DNA of 28,902 nucleotides from Candidatus Zixiibacteriota bacterium (GTDB lineage: Bacteria; Zixibacteria; MSB-5A5; UBA10806; 4484-95), in contig JAOZPT010000031.1 in the NCBI GenBank assembly GCA_029932605.1, positions 1 to 28,902 of the forward strand, written 5' to 3'. Shown here one piece after another: positions 26,280-28,902 of this stretch. The notes beneath the pieces are model-generated. The model made no database searches and was not told the DNA's origin. It saw only the letters and a program-made list of their open reading frames with translations. Position 1 is the stretch's first letter, and each line of letters starts with the position of its first letter. The position numbers and the translations under genes were made by a program.

Positions 26280-26753
26280 ATGTTCTTTAGTATGTTATTT
26301 ACTGAGTTAATCGAGAAAGCAAACAAGATAGTTGATGATTTAATGGCGGTTATTGAGGAGATGGATAACAAAGAAATAACAGCTTCTAAAACCATAGGTG
26401 AGTGGTCAGTCAAGGATACTCTTGCCCATATCACTATATGGGAGGAAGAAGCGGCAAAGGCATTTGAGATATGGAAACTGGGTATAGAACCAGACTGGCT
26501 GCACATCAAAGACTTGGATGAATTTAATAACACAACCGTTAAAGAAAGAAGAAGATTATCGCTTTCTAAGATAAAAGAGCAATTACGGATGGTTCACAAT
26601 GGCGTAATAGAGAACATAAAATCTGTTTCAGAGGACGAATATCTCAACCGTGGAGGTATTCCCAAATGGTTAATTATATTGATAACAAGCCACATAGATG
26701 AACATACTGCAAAGATAAAGGCATATAAAAATTCCCTTAAGGGAAGAACGTAA
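26280..26753 (+). CDS. DinB-superfamily four-helix bundle protein (ClbS/DfsB/DUF1706-like)
   Basis: 'GEWSVKDTLAHITIWEEE', 'DEFN', C-terminal 'HIDEH'; start may be ATG 26292. Confidence 0.8.
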   Translation: MFFSMLFTELIEKANKIVDDLMAVIEEMDNKEITASKTIGEWSVKDTLAHITIWEEEAAKAFEIWKLGIEPDWLHIKDLDEFNNTTVKERRRLSLSKIKEQLRMVHNGVIENIKSVSEDEYLNRGGIPKWLIILITSHIDEHTAKIKAYKNSLKGRT

Positions 26754-26839
26754 CTTATGTTCTGTGTTAAGATTAAACACTATCTTTCAACGAAGAATTC
26801 AAAGTGTAATAAATTGTTACATAACGATAAAAAGTTAAG

Positions 26840-28348
26840 ATGTTTAAGAAGATACTGATTGCCAACAGAGGTGAAATCGCGGTTCGCCTTATTAGGGCTT
26901 GCAAAGATATGGGTATAAAGTCCGTGTCGATTTACTCAGATGCTGATCAATATGCCCAGCATGTCCGGTTAGCTGACGAGGCTTACAATGTAGGCCCGCC
27001 ACCTGCATCACAATCGTATCTCGATATAGATGAAATAATACAAATAGCCAAAAACTCCAAAGCAGAAGCAGTTCACCCCGGTTATGGATTTTTAGCGGAA
27101 AATCATAATTTTGCCCGAAAAATTGAAGAGGCGGGTCTGGTTTTTATAGGGCCACCACATGAAGCAATCGAAATGATGGGTGACAAAATGGCTGCTCGTA
27201 AAGCTATGGTTAAATCGGGCGTGCCGGTGGTTCCTGGAACAGAGAAACCAATTGATGACGAGATCGAAGCCATAGATATTGCTAATAAGATTGGTTTTCC
27301 TGTACTTATAAAAGCTGCCGCAGGTGGCGGTGGCAAGGGAATGAGAATCGTTAAATCCAATGGTGAAATGAAATCATCACTACGTGGAGCCCGTTCTGAG
27401 GCCAAATCCGCTTTTGGCGATGATCGAATCTATATCGAAAAATACCTTGAATCTCCAAGGCATATCGAGATACAGATCATCGCTGATAAACATGGAAATT
27501 ACGTTTATCTTGGTGAACGTGAGTGTTCTATCCAGCGCCGGCATCAGAAGGTTATAGAGGAAGCTCCCAGTCCGGCAGTTGACCCTACCATGCGGGAACA
27601 AATGGGGCAGGCAGCCATTGCTTGTGCTAAAGCTTGCAAATATTTTAACGCTGGCACCATTGAATTTTTAGTTGACGCCGATTTGAGATACTATTTTTTA
27701 GAGATGAATACACGTCTTCAGGTCGAACATCCTATTACCGAGTTGGTAACAGGTCTTGATCTGGCTGTTGAGCAGATAAAAATTGCCACTGGTGAGAAAT
27801 TATCTTTTAAGCAGGATGATATACATATAAAGGGTCATGCTATGGAATGTCGGATTTATGCTGAAGATCCGATTGATTTCTTGCCGGCAACGGGATTTAT
27901 TCACCGTTACCGTGAACCAGCTGGGCCGGGTGTGAGAGTTGATTCCGGAGTTTATGAGGGAATGGAGATATCGATGTATTATGACCCTCTTATAGCAAAA
28001 CTGGTTACCTATGGTAAAAATCGACTCGATGCCATTTCAAAGATGAAGCGGGCGCTCGATGAATATATCATAACGGGCGTAATCACGAATATAACTTTTC
28101 ATAGAAAGATTCTGGAACATCCGGCTTTCCTTAAAGGTGAACTTTCAACACATTTTATAGATGAATACTATAGTGAGCCTGATGGTTTTTCAGAGGATGA
28201 GAGTTTGGCAATGGCTGTGGCAACTGTAATTAATGATTATATGGATAAAAACAAAGCGAGCTCGTTTAAGATGGGCAATGGCTATAAGACAAGGCGGGGA
28301 AGTACCTGGAAAATGAAAGGGCGATTGCAGGCTCTCAGGAGCCGATAA
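26840..28348 (+). CDS. accC: Biotin carboxylase subunit of acyl-CoA carboxylase
   Basis: '[12 protein letters not shown]', '[10 protein letters not shown]', 'GGGGKGMR', '[12 protein letters not shown]', '[10 protein letters not shown]', 'RVDSG'. Confidence 0.95.
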   Translation: MFKKILIANRGEIAVRLIRACKDMGIKSVSIYSDADQYAQHVRLADEAYNVGPPPASQSYLDIDEIIQIAKNSKAEAVHPGYGFLAENHNFARKIEEAGLVFIGPPHEAIEMMGDKMAARKAMVKSGVPVVPGTEKPIDDEIEAIDIANKIGFPVLIKAAAGGGGKGMRIVKSNGEMKSSLRGARSEAKSAFGDDRIYIEKYLESPRHIEIQIIADKHGNYVYLGERECSIQRRHQKVIEEAPSPAVDPTMREQMGQAAIACAKACKYFNAGTIEFLVDADLRYYFLEMNTRLQVEHPITELVTGLDLAVEQIKIATGEKLSFKQDDIHIKGHAMECRIYAEDPIDFLPATGFIHRYREPAGPGVRVDSGVYEGMEISMYYDPLIAKLVTYGKNRLDAISKMKRALDEYIITGVITNITFHRKILEHPAFLKGELSTHFIDEYYSEPDGFSEDESLAMAVATVINDYMDKNKASSFKMGNGYKTRRGSTWKMKGRLQALRSR

Positions 28349-28364
28349 GGGGTTATTTGAGGGT

Positions 28365-28902
28365 ATGATTTACAAAGTCAAAGTGGGTGAGAAGAATTAT
28401 AAAATTGAATTAATTATGGAGAGTAATTCTTTTAATATAAAACTCAACAATAAGGCAATAAAAATCGACAATTATCAAATTAGAGCGGGGCGGCATGAAA
28501 TTTCATCAACCGAACGAACCTGGCAATTCGTTACTTTCCTTAAAGATAATCAGCCTTACGAAATTGAACTTCTAAAAGATGACACAGCCTATTATTGCTG
28601 GTTGGGTTCGCGCCTGGCTCAGTGTGAAGTTGTTGATGAAAAAACAGCTCGCTATGCCAAGATTATGGGTGATAGCATCGGTTCGGGGAAAGCCCGTGTG
28701 TTGAGTGCACCTATGCCCGGTATGGTGGTAGGTATCGAGGTAAATGTAGGGCAGAATGTTAAAAAAGGCGACGGTTTGTTGATTGTTGAGGCTATGAAAA
28801 TGGAAAACGAATTGAAAGCTACTCATTCGGGAACTATAAAAGAAATTAAGGTGAAAGCTGGCCAATCAATTGAGAAAAACCAACCCCTTGTGGTTTTTGA
28901 AT
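28365..28902 (+). CDS. Biotin carboxyl carrier protein with N-terminal extension (stop codon just beyond or at the window edge; absent from ORF track)
   Basis: Manual translation from ATG 28365: MIYKVKVGEKNY...LSAPMPGMVV...VEAMKMENEL...QPLVVFE (179 codons); biotinylation motif EAMKM. Confidence 0.92.
   Translation, partial: MIYKVKVGEKNYKIELIMESNSFNIKLNNKAIKIDNYQIRAGRHEISSTERTWQFVTFLKDNQPYEIELLKDDTAYYCWLGSRLAQCEVVDEKTARYAKIMGDSIGSGKARVLSAPMPGMVVGIEVNVGQNVKKGDGLLIVEAMKMENELKATHSGTIKEIKVKAGQSIEKNQPLVVFE

Overview
AT-rich bacterial chromosomal window with no phage, IS or CRISPR array. Five secreted proteins carry 'N[YFH]PNPFN...SG[IVL]Y[FY]Y' C-terminal tails, which points to an FCB-group organism such as a Zixibacteria-like lineage (inference). 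Gene order: partial lipoprotein (-, missed by the ORF track); WYL regulator and Zn-ribbon membrane protein; CTD-tail protein; LipM/LplA-like ligase; Asp-box CTD protein; coupled uvrC-MBL-PHP-mpg operon; site-2 protease and lipoprotein; 1120-aa CTD protein; xerD overlapping a pseudo-receiver GGDEF gene; PilX-like gene (-); two paralogous CTD proteins; CPBP protease (-); radical SAM; YtnP-like MBL; pccB, DinB-like, accC and partial BCCP. The most interesting unannotated signal is at 7302-7625: an IHF site and sigma54 promoter, a GC-rich three-way-junction RNA exposing CAU-CCCC-CCUCC (anti-AUG plus anti-Shine-Dalgarno), and a 34-aa single-TM ORF. Other signals are further sigma54 promoters, apparently leaderless genes (WYL, uvrC, xerD) and degenerate GTAG-type REP-like palindromes. 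All calls come from motif reading only; no searches were run.
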